A stretch of DNA of 64,000 nucleotides from NCBI RefSeq assembly GCF_009914755.1, contig NC_060936.1; one strand, written 5' to 3'. The notes below the pieces were generated by a model. It saw nothing but the letters and a program-made list of their open reading frames with translations. It ran no database searches and was not told where the DNA came from. Origin of the DNA: the human T2T-CHM13v2.0 reference genome, Homo sapiens. Made by a program: the position numbers and the translations under genes. Shown here piece by piece: positions 35,837 to 54,362 of this stretch; positions within the stretch are counted from its first letter, which is position 1; each line of letters begins with the position of its first letter.

Positions 35837-36907
35837 CTAGAGAGAAGAAAGTATTATTTAAATTATTAAAAAATACATATTTAGAAGACATAAATTATTA
35901 CAAAGTCATGTTATTCTAAAAGTTGAAATGCCAACCTATCATCTTATTACCTCCTATTGATATATACTTTTTCCAAAAACCATACTAATATATATTTTTT
36001 AATTATAGCACAAATTACCTAGTATTTTAATAAAATACTGAATAAAATCACTAATTTTCATTAAATAAAAGTGACTATTAGCAAAAATTTAATTTGTGAA
36101 CATAAAAACATACAAAGAAGTATCAAAGCAATTAAATTGGTTTCATTGTTTAAACTTGATGAAATATTTTCTGTATGAAAATGGCTTTTCATATAGAAAG
36201 GAAAACTTGAAAAATCTAGAATATCTTCTGCTGGGGGGAAAAAACCAGAAACATCCTATGTAATGAATAAGCAAGTGAATAATTTAAGAATATCATGGTA
36301 AAAAGGAATCTGAGGGGACAAAAAAAAAAGATTATGAGTACTTTTTTGTAATATTGTAATCATTTAAGAGATTGAAATCATAATGCCCATTTTCAAGTTT
36401 CTAATTTATTAAAAAAAGAAACTAATAAGTAGATGCCAAATTATGTGGTTATTAATTCCCTGAGTGTAGAAAATGCCAGATTAACTTCTAAAAAAAAAAA
36501 AAAAGAAAAGGTTTCATGGAGTTGGGGTGGAGATTATAGACTTTTTCAATGAAATAAGTAGTAACAAGGCTTACACATGACAGATATCTAGGAAAATTCT
36601 GGGGCAGTACCAGAAGACTGCTTACTGTGCATCTTCTGTTGCGAAGAAATGGAACATTCCCAAGAACAAATTTAAAAGAGATGTCACCCATGGAAGGTCC
36701 AATCTTATTATTTGACTCATGTTAAGTTTCATTTAGATTCTGTTCTTTTCAGCTGGACGTATCTTATTTCCTATTTTGCTTCTTTTATGTTTTTGATCTC
36801 AAGGTTAAGTATTTGTCTGCCTTTTTCACAGGCCACATGGTCTTTCAGAATAGCAATTATCTCTTACTTGTGAAGAGGAGTGATTAAGAAGCAGGGAAAT
36901 GCAAATT

Positions 36908-37121
36908 CTAGAAGTGCACTATCTAATATGGTAACCAAAAGGCACATGTAGCCATTTAAATTTAAGTTAGTTAAATTTAAAAATCAGTTCCTTAGTCACA
37001 CTTGCCACATTTCAAGTCCTCAACAGCCACATGTATAGCTGGTGGCTGGCTACCATACTGAACAGTATAGCTACAGAACATTTCCATCATTGCAGAAAGT
37101 TCTACTGGACAGATTGTTCTA
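36908..37121 (+). mobile_element. MER3 hAT-Charlie MITE
   Basis: Characteristic ...gccacatttcaagtcctcaacagccacatgt...agaacatttccatcattgcagaaagttctactggacag. Confidence 0.8.
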
Positions 37122-38053
37122 AAAAGCTGCTTGGTCTAGATCATTTTGTTCGCTTTACACATTCCGATACCATCATTTCACCAAATAAGTCTTGTTGATT
37201 TTTTACAACTGTAGTTATTAGTGACATAAGTGCACTAGTCAGGTCTGACACTTCTTCCTCTTTAGGAGCACCATCTGTACAGCTTGAAGAGTCAAGGTGC
37301 TATATTTTTATGAGGATGTTAAAGACATCCCACCATTTCACCTTAGGAAGTCTCATGGGTTTCCAAGTAGGAAGCAAACCTTTCTATCCCCACATTTATA
37401 TTTTATCACATCCCTTTTCTGCCTTGGTTTGGAGTCACCTCCCTAACACCTGATCCCCATCCTAACCCACCACTACCAATGTACAAATATTTCAGGGGAG
37501 AAGACTGTTGTTGTTAGATGGATAGTGATATAAAAGCATTGGAGTTTAATAAAATTATCTCCAACTATGAATAATTTATCATGTCTGGTGACAAATGTTT
37601 ATTGGGAAGCATCTAATTTTATGTATTTGCTTGGCAAGAAGAGTTACTAGACAGAACAAAGATCGAAGGGTTTTTACACAGATCAAAAATTAAGAAGTTG
37701 AAAGAACTAGCAATTTTAAGTTTTCTTAAATTGAAACAGTACAAAACTTAAATGTCCTGGAGGGGGTAATCTAAGGCAATAATAATCCCCTAATCTCTGT
37801 TGTACCATTAGTTTCAAAATCTTCCCCACCAGAAGTGAGTAAGAACTGAGAACAGCAAGAGTTCTCCATATTCAACTTTTTGGTCAAAACAATTCTATGT
37901 GGTGCAAGAGTTCAATGACAGTAAGATGGGATAAGAAACAAACCAAAAGGACATGATTAATTCATAAAATGAAGAATTAAGTATGGATTAATTAATAATC
38001 TTTCCCTTTCTTAATAGGCTGAATAAGCATTCCGAATGCTTTTAATAAACATT

Positions 38054-40363
<2,310 letters not shown>

Positions 40364-41380
40364 TAGATATGTATCAAACAGAAGTTGTTATTTTCCCTTG
40401 AGAATAATTCCTGTTTTTTTTTTTTTTTTTTTTTAAAGAAAACACCCCATGCATTTCTATATGTAAATACTTGGGCATGACAAAAGAAAACGTGAATTAG
40501 TTGGATGCCTACACCTGTATACAGAATTACTTTGAATTCACAACTTCATCTGAATGTGACTTTGAACTATGATTTGAAGGAAACCTTTCCCAGTAGCAAG
40601 GTCAATGTGACTATAAATATTATAAAACAAGGTACAACGCAATTAAGACTCAACTAATCTCTAAGCATATAATTTTTCCTTGATAATACCTCTAACAGCC
40701 CAGGTTCAAAGTATCAACTCAGTGATGTGTGTGATTTCTCTTTAATGCTGAACGAATAATGTTACTTCAAAACTATACAAAATCTAATGCTCAATCCTTT
40801 ACCCTTAACTGGGAAAGGATTAGATCTGTTAGAGTTCAGATTCAGTGTGTTCCAAAGAACACACCAAGTTCAACTTTAATGTAATAGAAATGCATGTGCT
40901 CTGGGACACTCAATATTGAATGAAATGAATGATTTATTTTTAATATATTCCACTGAAAATACATATGATATCATCTTAACAGGAACATACTTTCAGACCT
41001 TCTCCAATTTGGCATATATATTATTTTCTTGAACTACACCCATTTGATGGCTCCGTTATTACTGCTATTAACTACATACAACAGGTTGCTTTTTAAATAG
41101 GCCAAATGATAGTAAAACTCACTATATCCCTTCATATAATTGTACTGCCTACATAGAAGCACAGTCCTCATATTATTTAATTACAATACTGAACACACCA
41201 CTTTAAATTGAAGAGGCATTAGGTGACAAAATATATATTTCTTCACTTTAAACATTTTAAGGATTTTTTTCCTCCAGAGATCACTATCTATTGCTGTTAT
41301 TTTAAAAATTATATGCAGTAAGCTTCCTTATACCACTTCCAAAAGATGACTTCAACATGAATCAACAGAAATATTTTCCT

Positions 41381-41445
41381 AAAGTAGGTCATTGCTATAG
41401 CAACCAGTGGACGGTTTAGTATACTCCGTCACAATGACCTACTTA
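41381..41445. promoter_or_regulatory. CRY1: CRY1 intron-1 enhancer: two head-to-head ROR/REV-ERB response elements (RREs)
   Basis: AAAGTAGGTCA (41381-41391, +) and TAAGTAGGTCA (41435-41445, -) both fit WAWNTRGGTCA. They lie in ~2 kb of repeat-poor DNA and match the conserved RRE pair described for mouse Cry1 intron 1, as I recall it. Confidence 0.9.
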
Positions 41446-42709
41446 CCAGTCTGTGCTAGAACAGCTTTATATAACTAGAATTTCTAGTTCTGTCTATGAA
41501 ATAGTCCAAAAAAGGCAATGGTAAGATACAACATAATCCTATTGCTGCTGAACACAAGGCATTAAGAACATGTACCATGCCAGAATAAAGCCATGTGGTT
41601 CTGTATGCTAGTTTGTAAAATATATCTTACACACTCAGCAATAAAAACTACACTTACAATATCTAAACAGGAACAACTCATTGCTGACCCCAAAGAACTG
41701 ATTCAAAGAATATAAACTAAAATCACTAAAACTACAAGGAGAATAACCTTATTATCCACATAAAACAAGAGTTAAATGTAGAAAAAACTAAAGTTCTGTA
41801 TACACCATCATAAAGAAAAAAAATGGAGATTCTCAGTCATTAACCAAAGTCTATTATATTTTATTAGAGATTTAAAAAATATAACAATTTGTGTGTGTGT
41901 AAATTTAATAAAATTTACATATGCTCTTTTTTCTGGTTTGTTACAAATTTTTAGTGCTTTCATCTAACTTAATTTTACCTAAATTGTCTGGATATTTGTG
42001 ATACACACTTTCCCTGAAGATAAGAGTTTAATGTTCAATAAAGATGAAATATATATTTTAAAAGCAAACTTTGCATTTGCCACACTCTAAAAGCCATAAA
42101 CCAGTAGACCTATATCACTTTTTATAACTAATATTTTGCAATGCCCTCTTTTAAATCCTGAAATAAAAGACCTAGATAATATAACATTTCCATACACACA
42201 ATTTTAAAGCATTAATATCATGCTCTAATTGAAACATATAGGAGAAATTAAAGGAAAGTCATTAATATTTTAAAAAGAAGTAACATGTACTTCTAGAGGT
42301 AAATATGTGGGCATGATATAAGGAGACAATGAATTAAAACTCAGTGTCCACACCTACATACAGAATCATTTAAAATTTAACAGCTACAAAACAGACTAAC
42401 ACAGTTGTGTTACTGGCGACTCAAACATCATACACCATGAGTGATATTGCCTTTGGTGATGTGATTTTCTGAAATATTGACCAAGACAGGAAAGTTCAGA
42501 AAAAAAAGCAAAGTACAATCTTTCCTTTATTTATATAGGTGATAAATACATTCCAGGGAAACTCAGTGTATATTAAAATTGTGTAAAAAATACCTACTGT
42601 TTATACATAAAGATTTAGGCTCTAGGTTCAGACAATTATGAATAAGTTTTTCACTTACATTAAACATCTGGAAGAACATTTGAAATTTATGTGTAACTCA
42701 GAAAAACTA

Positions 42710-43270
42710 TTTTATTTACTTATTTACTTTAGAGACAGGGTCTCGTTATGTTGCCCAGGCTGGCCTCAAATTCCTGGACTCAAGTGATCCTCCCATCTCG
42801 GTTCCTGAATAGTCAGGACTACGTGCATGCACACTATGGCACCTAGAGACAACTATTTATTTTGAGGGATTACTCTGAGTACTGAAAGAAATCTTCCATT
42901 CTTGGCTTCTCCTTACTAATTCCACTAGCACCTTCCAATCATTGTGACAACTGGCCGGACACAGGGGCTCATGCCTGTAATCCTAGCACTTTTGGGAAGC
43001 CAAGGTGGGTGGATCACTTGAGCGCAGGAGTTTGAGACCAGCCTGAGCAACATAGGGAGATCTCATCTCTACAAAAAGTACAAAAAAACTAGCTGGGCGT
43101 GGTGGCGTATGCCTGTAGTCCTAACTACTTGGGGTGGGCTGAGGCAGGAGGATCAATTGAGCCTGGGAGGTTGAGGCTGCACTGAGCTGGCTGTAATCAT
43201 GCCACTGCACACTGTACTCCAGCCTGGGCGACAGAGTGAGGTCTTGCCTCAAAAAAAAAAAAAAAAAAAA
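42710..43270. mobile_element. FLAM(-) ~42710-42845 and AluJ(+) ~42953-43270
   Basis: Alu arms. Confidence 0.85.
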
Positions 43271-45149
43271 TCAATCATTATGACAACTGAAAATTCCTCT
43301 ACAAAATTTCTAAAATGTGTTTGAAGGAGTGATACTGTTAATTACTTCTATAATTTCAATCACTGATTTATGAGTCATACAAAGATAAATGAGGTTCCAA
43401 TACTCACAGAGCTTAAAACCTAAAAAAGTAACCTGAATATGTATATTATGTAAATAAATACTACAGAACTGGCTATGGTAGAATAAAACATATAAAATAC
43501 AAATAGATATCACTAATATGCTCTGAAAAATCAGGTGGGAGAAATCATTTCTGGATTTTTCTTTCCTTGTTTTGATATGGGGAGCGGCTTAGGCAAAAAT
43601 TTCAAGGATGTGGTGGTGATGGTAGGTAGTGACCCTGAAGTATCAATACAATAGCTGGAGATAAGGAAGGAGAATTATTGGCCACTGGACTGTAGCCTGC
43701 AACTAGGCCTTGTTCACCACTTCCCACTGTCCAATTCCTGACATATAGCAGGAGTTCAATAAATATCTATCTAATGACTAAATAAATTAATGAAAGCAGA
43801 AGAAAGGGATTTTAAAGGCTTGATTCAACAGTCAATGAAGAAGGAACAAGAATGGGAAAGAATATTCTCTGAATGTCTATTGTGCTGGATACTTTACATA
43901 TATTATATTCCCAACAATTTTACAAGGTATCTCATTTTAAAAATGATGGAATCTGAAACTCACCAAGGACATTTCCATACCCAGGTAAACAATGAAGCAG
44001 AAAATTTAATCTGGATGTCTCTGACTCCAAACCATAGTGCTCTTTGTACTACATAATGTGACTTTTCTACAGAATATGTAATAATCTAAGATGTTTTAGG
44101 AAAATTAATTTGACAGCTTTAAGAACATAACAATGACTAGTATACAGTTTTTGTCCTCAAGCTGAGGAATAGGCGTGTGTATCAATTAAGAAGAATTTAG
44201 GATATACCATGGTAACAAATCAGTCAAAACAGGTCACATGGCCAAGTTAGTCTTCAAAAAGGCAGGAAAGCATAATCTTCTTGCAGGAAGGGACACTAAA
44301 TAACAGTGTACAGTAATGATATCTACCACAATATCTAAGCACTGATATTATGTGCCATGTGGTAAATTTTATTATGAAAAGTGTATTATGGTAGCCCAGA
44401 AGAAACCTAACTGTGTGGGGGTGGGGAAGGGGGCAGGGGAAGGCACAAGGAAGAAAAGATTTGAGTAGAGTTTAGAATTAATAGGTGTTGCTTAAGGTGA
44501 TAAAGCAGAAATGGGCAACCAAAGCAGAAAAAATAGTATGTATGCTTAAATCACAGAAACTCAGAAGAGCTGGGGGTTGGGGGTACCTGGGGACTGTAAG
44601 TATTATGCTTTCTATACTAAGTTGTATATTCTCCCCAACACAAGCTTTAACATTTCAAAATATATTCAAATCAATGTCAAAACAAACCTGTTATCAACTT
44701 CTGTTGTTGACAGTACACCGGATTAAGATACCCTAACAGAAATAACTAACAAACTGAGAAACAACAACAACAACAGAAAAGTTCTTAAAATAATTCACCG
44801 GGTTGTCCAAAAAGCAAGAAGGCATAACAGGTCACAGGGAGCTAAAGTCAGCTTTAGCCCTGGGGATTTCTGCAGAGCCCTGAGAACTCTGAGCTTCATC
44901 TGGGTTGAAGAGGACAGGAGATAAAGCCCAAGACCCACCCAAAGTAAGGAAGCTAATAATAGATTCAATATAAAGCCTGGGCTTCCAAAAGCTTTAGTAA
45001 ATAAGACATAAATCTTTTTTTTTTTTTTTTGCTTATTATACCCAGACTGCTCTGAAAGATACAAATCTTAAGTCACAGATGAAGACTACAAAGAAACTTA
45101 TCTGTCTCTAGCCAGTTTGGGATGAAAGAAAATAAAATCTCTCCTTGAA

Positions 45150-46097
<948 letters not shown>

Positions 46098-46479
46098 TGA
46101 CAATGCGTTTAAAGTGGTCACAGGCTTGGTGTGCTCTGAGATAACTGTTACAGACACACACACACACACACACGTCACAAATCCTCTCTGTATTCTCAAC
46201 TTTAAAACTCAGACTTCAGGCCAGGCACGGTGGCTCACGCCTATAATCTCAGAGCCCACGAGTTCTAGACCAGCCTGGGCAACATGGAGAAACCCTGATT
46301 AAATTAGTTGGGCATGATGGCATGCACCTGTAATCTCAACTACTCGGGAAGCAAAGGTGGGAGGATCGCTCAAGCCCAAGAAGTCAAGGCTACAGTGAGC
46401 TGTGATCACTTCCCTGCACTCTAGCCTGCATGACAGAGCAAGATCAATTTTAAATTGGTATCATTTATATGTTTTGAAA

Positions 46480-47520
46480 TTAGAAAATACTTGAAGACTT
46501 GAAATTAAGAAAAACAGCAGAATAAATCCTTAAAAACTAAAAAGAAGAAAATGATAAAGAACAGAAATTAGTGAAAACAGAACACAAATTCGTGAGAAAC
46601 AGCAAAGCCAAAATGTATTATATGAAGAGACAATAATATAAATGTCCGACAAGAATAATTAAGAAAAAAAATGGGAGAGGGAAGAGTAAGAAATGTTAAG
46701 AATTTTTTAAAAAGTGGGGACATAATCTTAGATACTGCAGGGATTAAACGGAAAATAAATAATTTTATGCAAACAAATTTGAAAACTTAGATGAAATAAA
46801 TTCCTTGCTAAAACTGACTCAAGAAACTTAAAACTTACCAAAATGGACTCAAGAGTAAAGAAAGAACAGGAATAATTCTAAGTCACTAAATAAATTGAAT
46901 CCATAGCTTAAAATCTTACAAGAAAAACACAAGAGTCAGTTAGCTTTACAGATGAATTCTACAAAATATTTAAGGAATAGATAATTCTATTTTTACAAAG
47001 GATTCCAATCTCATAAAAAGGATAGACAGAAAAGGAATATTTAACTTATTTTATAAGGTTAGATTTACCTTGACACCAAAACCAGACAAAGACAGTATAA
47101 AAGAAAATTATAAACTAATTTCACTCATGAGCATATTATCACAGCAAACCAAATCCTGCAATATACAAAACATATTATATATCATGATCAAGTTGGGCTT
47201 ATCCTCAGAAAGTTAAATCATTTAATATTTACAAATTGGTTACTGTAATTCACCTCATTCATAGAATAAAGAAGAAAAACTATATAACCAATTGACGAGA
47301 TGTATAAAGAGTAGCAACAAAATCTCAATTCCCTTTAGCTTCAATAAACTAGAACTAGTAGGTAACATCCCTAATCTGAAAAAGGGTACCCGTAAAAATA
47401 CTTAGGGAAAACAGCATATGTAATAGTGAAATGTTGAAAGCACTTCCTTTAAGATCGGAAAGAAGACAAAGATGCCTACTCCCACCGCTTCTCTATGCAA
47501 TCTAGTAGGCCTAACTAATG
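46480..47520 (+). mobile_element. Old L1M ORF2 fragment (preceded by an internally deleted AluJ ~46219-46442)
   Basis: A-rich decayed RT-region sequence (caaatttgaaaacttagatgaaat, accaaaaccagacaaagac). Confidence 0.75.
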
Positions 47521-47525
47521 TAGTG

Positions 47526-48356
47526 CAGGTTGAGCATCCCAAATCTGAAATGCTTCAAAATCCAACACATTTTGAGTGCTGACACTGTCACAGGCATTTG
47601 AACCAGAGTGACTCCATCTTAAATAGGGCCTTGGTAAAATAAGGCTGAGACCTGCTGAGCAGTACTTCCAGGAAGTTAGGCGTTCTTAGTCACAGGGTGA
47701 GACAGGAGGTCGGCAGGACTGGTATCACAAGATACAGGTCATAAAGACCCTGCTGATAAAACAGAATGCAGTAAAGAAGGTAGCCAAAACCCACCAAACC
47801 AAGATGGAGACGAAAGTGACCTCTGGTCATCCTCACTCCACATTATACACTAATTATAATGCATTAGCAAGTTAAGACACCCCCACTAATGCCATGACAG
47901 TTTACAAATGCCAAGACAACATCCAGATGTTACCCTATATGGTCTAAAAAGAGGAGAAATCTTCACTTCTGACAACTCCCCACCACTTTTCCGGAAAACT
48001 CATGAATAAGCCACCCCTTGTTTAGCATATACTCTTGACTGAGTATACTCAGTCAAGAAACCCATGATGCTGCTCTGTCTATGGACTGGCCATTTTTTGT
48101 TTCTCTACTTGTCTAATAAATTCGCTTTCATTTTACTCTGTGGACTTGCTCCAAATTCTTTCTTAAGTGAGTTCCAAGAACCCTCTCTTAAGGGCTGAAT
48201 CAGAAGCCCATGTCTGGTAACATGACATTCAAAGGAAATGCTCCAATGAATTCGGTTGCTCAACTAGTAATGTCAATATTCAGAAATATGGGGAAGAATC
48301 TGAAATCTAAAACACTTCTGGTCCCAGGCTTTATGGACAAAGGATACTCAACCTGT
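47526..48356 (+). mobile_element. Tigger4/MER46-like MITE split by the MER41 LTR
   Basis: TIRs CAGGTTGAGCATCC and GGATACTCAACCTG|TA. Confidence 0.8.
47586..48222 (+). mobile_element. MER41B-like ERV1 solo LTR
   Basis: TGTCACAGGCATTTGAACCAGAGTGACTCCATCTT...GGACTGGTATCACAAGATACAGGTCATAAAGACCCTGCTGATAAAACAG...AATAAA...GGTAACA. Confidence 0.85.
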
Positions 48357-48939
48357 AACGGAAGAGGAAGAAATAAAAGGCATAAGGATGGGAAAGGAAG
48401 AAGCAAAACCATGATTATTTATAGATGATAGGCAAATAAGTACTATCGATACAGAAAAAAATAAATACATAAATAAGCGTTTCAAAGGATTAAAATCACT
48501 TAATTTCTGGCATCAATTAGACTAATATAATCCTTGTAACTTATGCCTCTCTGATCTCAAAAATCACACAGAGCTATTTATAGTCCAGAAATTGTATTAG
48601 TTCTTATCTAACTTTAGAAATCACTGCATTGTGACTCTACCAGGTTAGGCCAAATAAAGTATAAGATATACTTCTAGGATTTAAAGGATCTACATACAAC
48701 TAAAATAACATCTGCCTAACGTGTTCAAAAACATGCTGTCCCAGATCTATGAATAATGCTTTTCTGTAGTCTAACAGCCCTATTTCAAATTTCTGTCCTT
48801 CAAAAAGATATTAATAATGCTGAAAAATTATTCCACTTTTTTTGATCTATGACTTAGCACATGTAACTATTCAGGTCTGTTTGAAGTTTGGCCAATGGTC
48901 AAGATTTTTCTCGTACTGACATTACTGCAAAAATTTAGT

Positions 48940-51950
<3,011 letters not shown>

Positions 51951-52329
51951 GATGAAGGAAAAGAATGGCTGACAGAAAGAAGCAGCTTCACTTTGAATAA
52001 ACAGAAGGAATGATAGAGAAGGCTGAAGAGAGAGCAGAAAAGAGGAAAGATGGAATAAAGTCTACAGAAGCAGTGGCAAAGGATAGATGTATGTATTCTC
52101 AGAAGGAAAGATGGATGGATTGACTTATAAAAGAAATGGAGGAAGGAAAAACAGCTAAATGGGACAGAGAAGCAAAGATAGAAGACAGAAGCAAGGGCAT
52201 GTGGGACAGCAAAACGAAGACTAACGGAATATAAAAGCAAGAATGGATAAAGACAGATGGAAAATCGTAAGAGGGTCAAAAAGAAGGAAATAAGAACGAT
52301 GTCAGTGAAATGATAGAATAGGAAGTCCT

Positions 52330-54362
52330 GGACTTTCCTTTCATCCACAGACACACTGATTCAACAGCAATACACAGATCAATTCCCTTTGTGAGAAACA
52401 AACTAGTTGAGAAGCTCCTGCACATTGGGAGAATGTGAAACTAGCCACACTGAAACTAGCAGGAGACACCCTCTCATCAAAATCTCCACTCTTGGCACAG
52501 AGCCATATGATTGAGACAAAACTCTCAGCTCCTAGGTTTTCCCTGAGGAAGATACATCCAATGTTCCATCCCTCCCAGCTGCTGCCCAAGAGACTAGCAT
52601 CTGTATCATTCAACACAGAGTGCTGGGCGTGGTGGTGCATGCCTGTAATCCCAGCTACTCGGGAAGGCTGAGGCAGAAGAATCACTTGAACCTGGAAGGC
52701 GGAAGTTGCAGTGAGCCGGGATCGTGCCATTGTACTCCAGCCTGGGCAACAACAGCAAAACTCCACCTCAAAAAAAATAAAATAAATAAAATAAGGCCTT
52801 CATCTTACACTATACACAAGAATCAGCTCAACATGGATTAAGACTTAAATGTAAGGTCTGAAACTGTAACACTCCTACAAGAAAACAGAGGAAAAAGCTT
52901 TGTGACATTGGGTCTTGGCAATGCTTTCATCAATATGACTCCAAAGGAACTGGCAACAAAAGCAAAAATAGATGACATCAAACTAAAACCTTCTGCACAG
53001 CAAAGGAAACTATCAACAGAGAGAAAAGCTCACCTATAGAATGGAAGAAAATATTTGCAAACCATTTATCTGATAAGGAGTAAATTTCCAAAATATGTAA
53101 GGAACTCCTGCAACTCAATAACAGAAAACAACCCGTTAAAAAATGGGCTATGCATTTGAACAGGCATTTTTCTAAAGGAAACAAACAAATGGCCAACAGG
53201 TATATGAAATGATGTTCACATCACAAATCATTAGAGAAATGCAAATCAAAACCACAATGAGATATCACCTTATACCTATTAGCTATTGTCAAAAAAATAA
53301 AAGGCAATGTGTTGGCAAGGATATGGAGAAACTGGAACCCTAATGTAATGTTGGTGGCGCTGCAAAATGGTGTGATCAGTGTAGAAAAAAGCATAGAGGT
53401 TCCTAAAAAATTTTTGAATAGAACTACCATATGATTTGGCCACTCAACTCAAGGTTTTTATCCAAAAGAACTAAACTAAGGATTCCAAAGCAATATTAGC
53501 ACTCCCAAGTTCACTGCAGCACTATTCAAAATAGCCACAAGATGGAATGAATCCAAAAGAATGGATTAAGAAAATATTATACATACATACATATACACAC
53601 ACGTATATGCATACATACACACAAATATAAAATACACACACAATGGAATATTATTTGGCTATTAAAAAGAAGCAATCCTTCAATATGTGACAACATGGAT
53701 GAACCTTGAGGACATTATGCTAAGTAAAATAAGCCAGTGAAAAAAGGACAAATACTGCATGATTCCATTTATATGAGGTATATAAACTGGTCAAACTCAT
53801 AGAAGCAGAGAATACATAGAATGGTGGCTATCTGGTGCTACAGGAAAGGGGAAACAGGAAGTTGCTAATCGACAGGTATACAGTGTCAGTTATGAGAGAT
53901 GAATACTTTCTTTCCTTTTTTTTTTTTTTAGTTTTTTTTTTTTTTTTGAGACGGAGTCTCGCTCTGTCACCCAGGCTGGAGGTGCAGTGGCACAATCTCG
54001 GCTCACTGCAACCTCTGCCTCCTGGTTCAAGTGATTTTTCTGCCCCAGCCTCCCGAGTAGCTGGGACTACAGGTGTGCACCACCACACCTGGCTAATTTT
54101 TGTATATTTAGTAGAGATGGAGTTTCACCATATTGGCCAGGCTGGTTTCAAACTCCTGACCTCATGATCCACCCACATCGGCCTCCCAAAGTGCTGAGAT
54201 TACAGGTGTGAGCCATGTGCCCAGCCAAAAGATGAAAACTTCCTAAAAATCTGTTGTAGAACTTTGTGACTATAGTTAATAATGTATTTTACACTTAAAA
54301 ATCTTTCAACAGGGTAGATCTCAATTATTCCTACAGCAATAAAATATATTTTTAAAAAAAAG
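52330..54362 (+). mobile_element. L1MA-like element: 5' piece, Alu right arm (52622-52793), ORF2 end and 3'UTR, with AluS(-) ~53908-54227
   Basis: L1 ORF2 C-terminal motifs (aaatgcaaatcaaaaccacaatgagatatcacct) and 3'UTR with AATAAA at ~54338. Confidence 0.8.
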
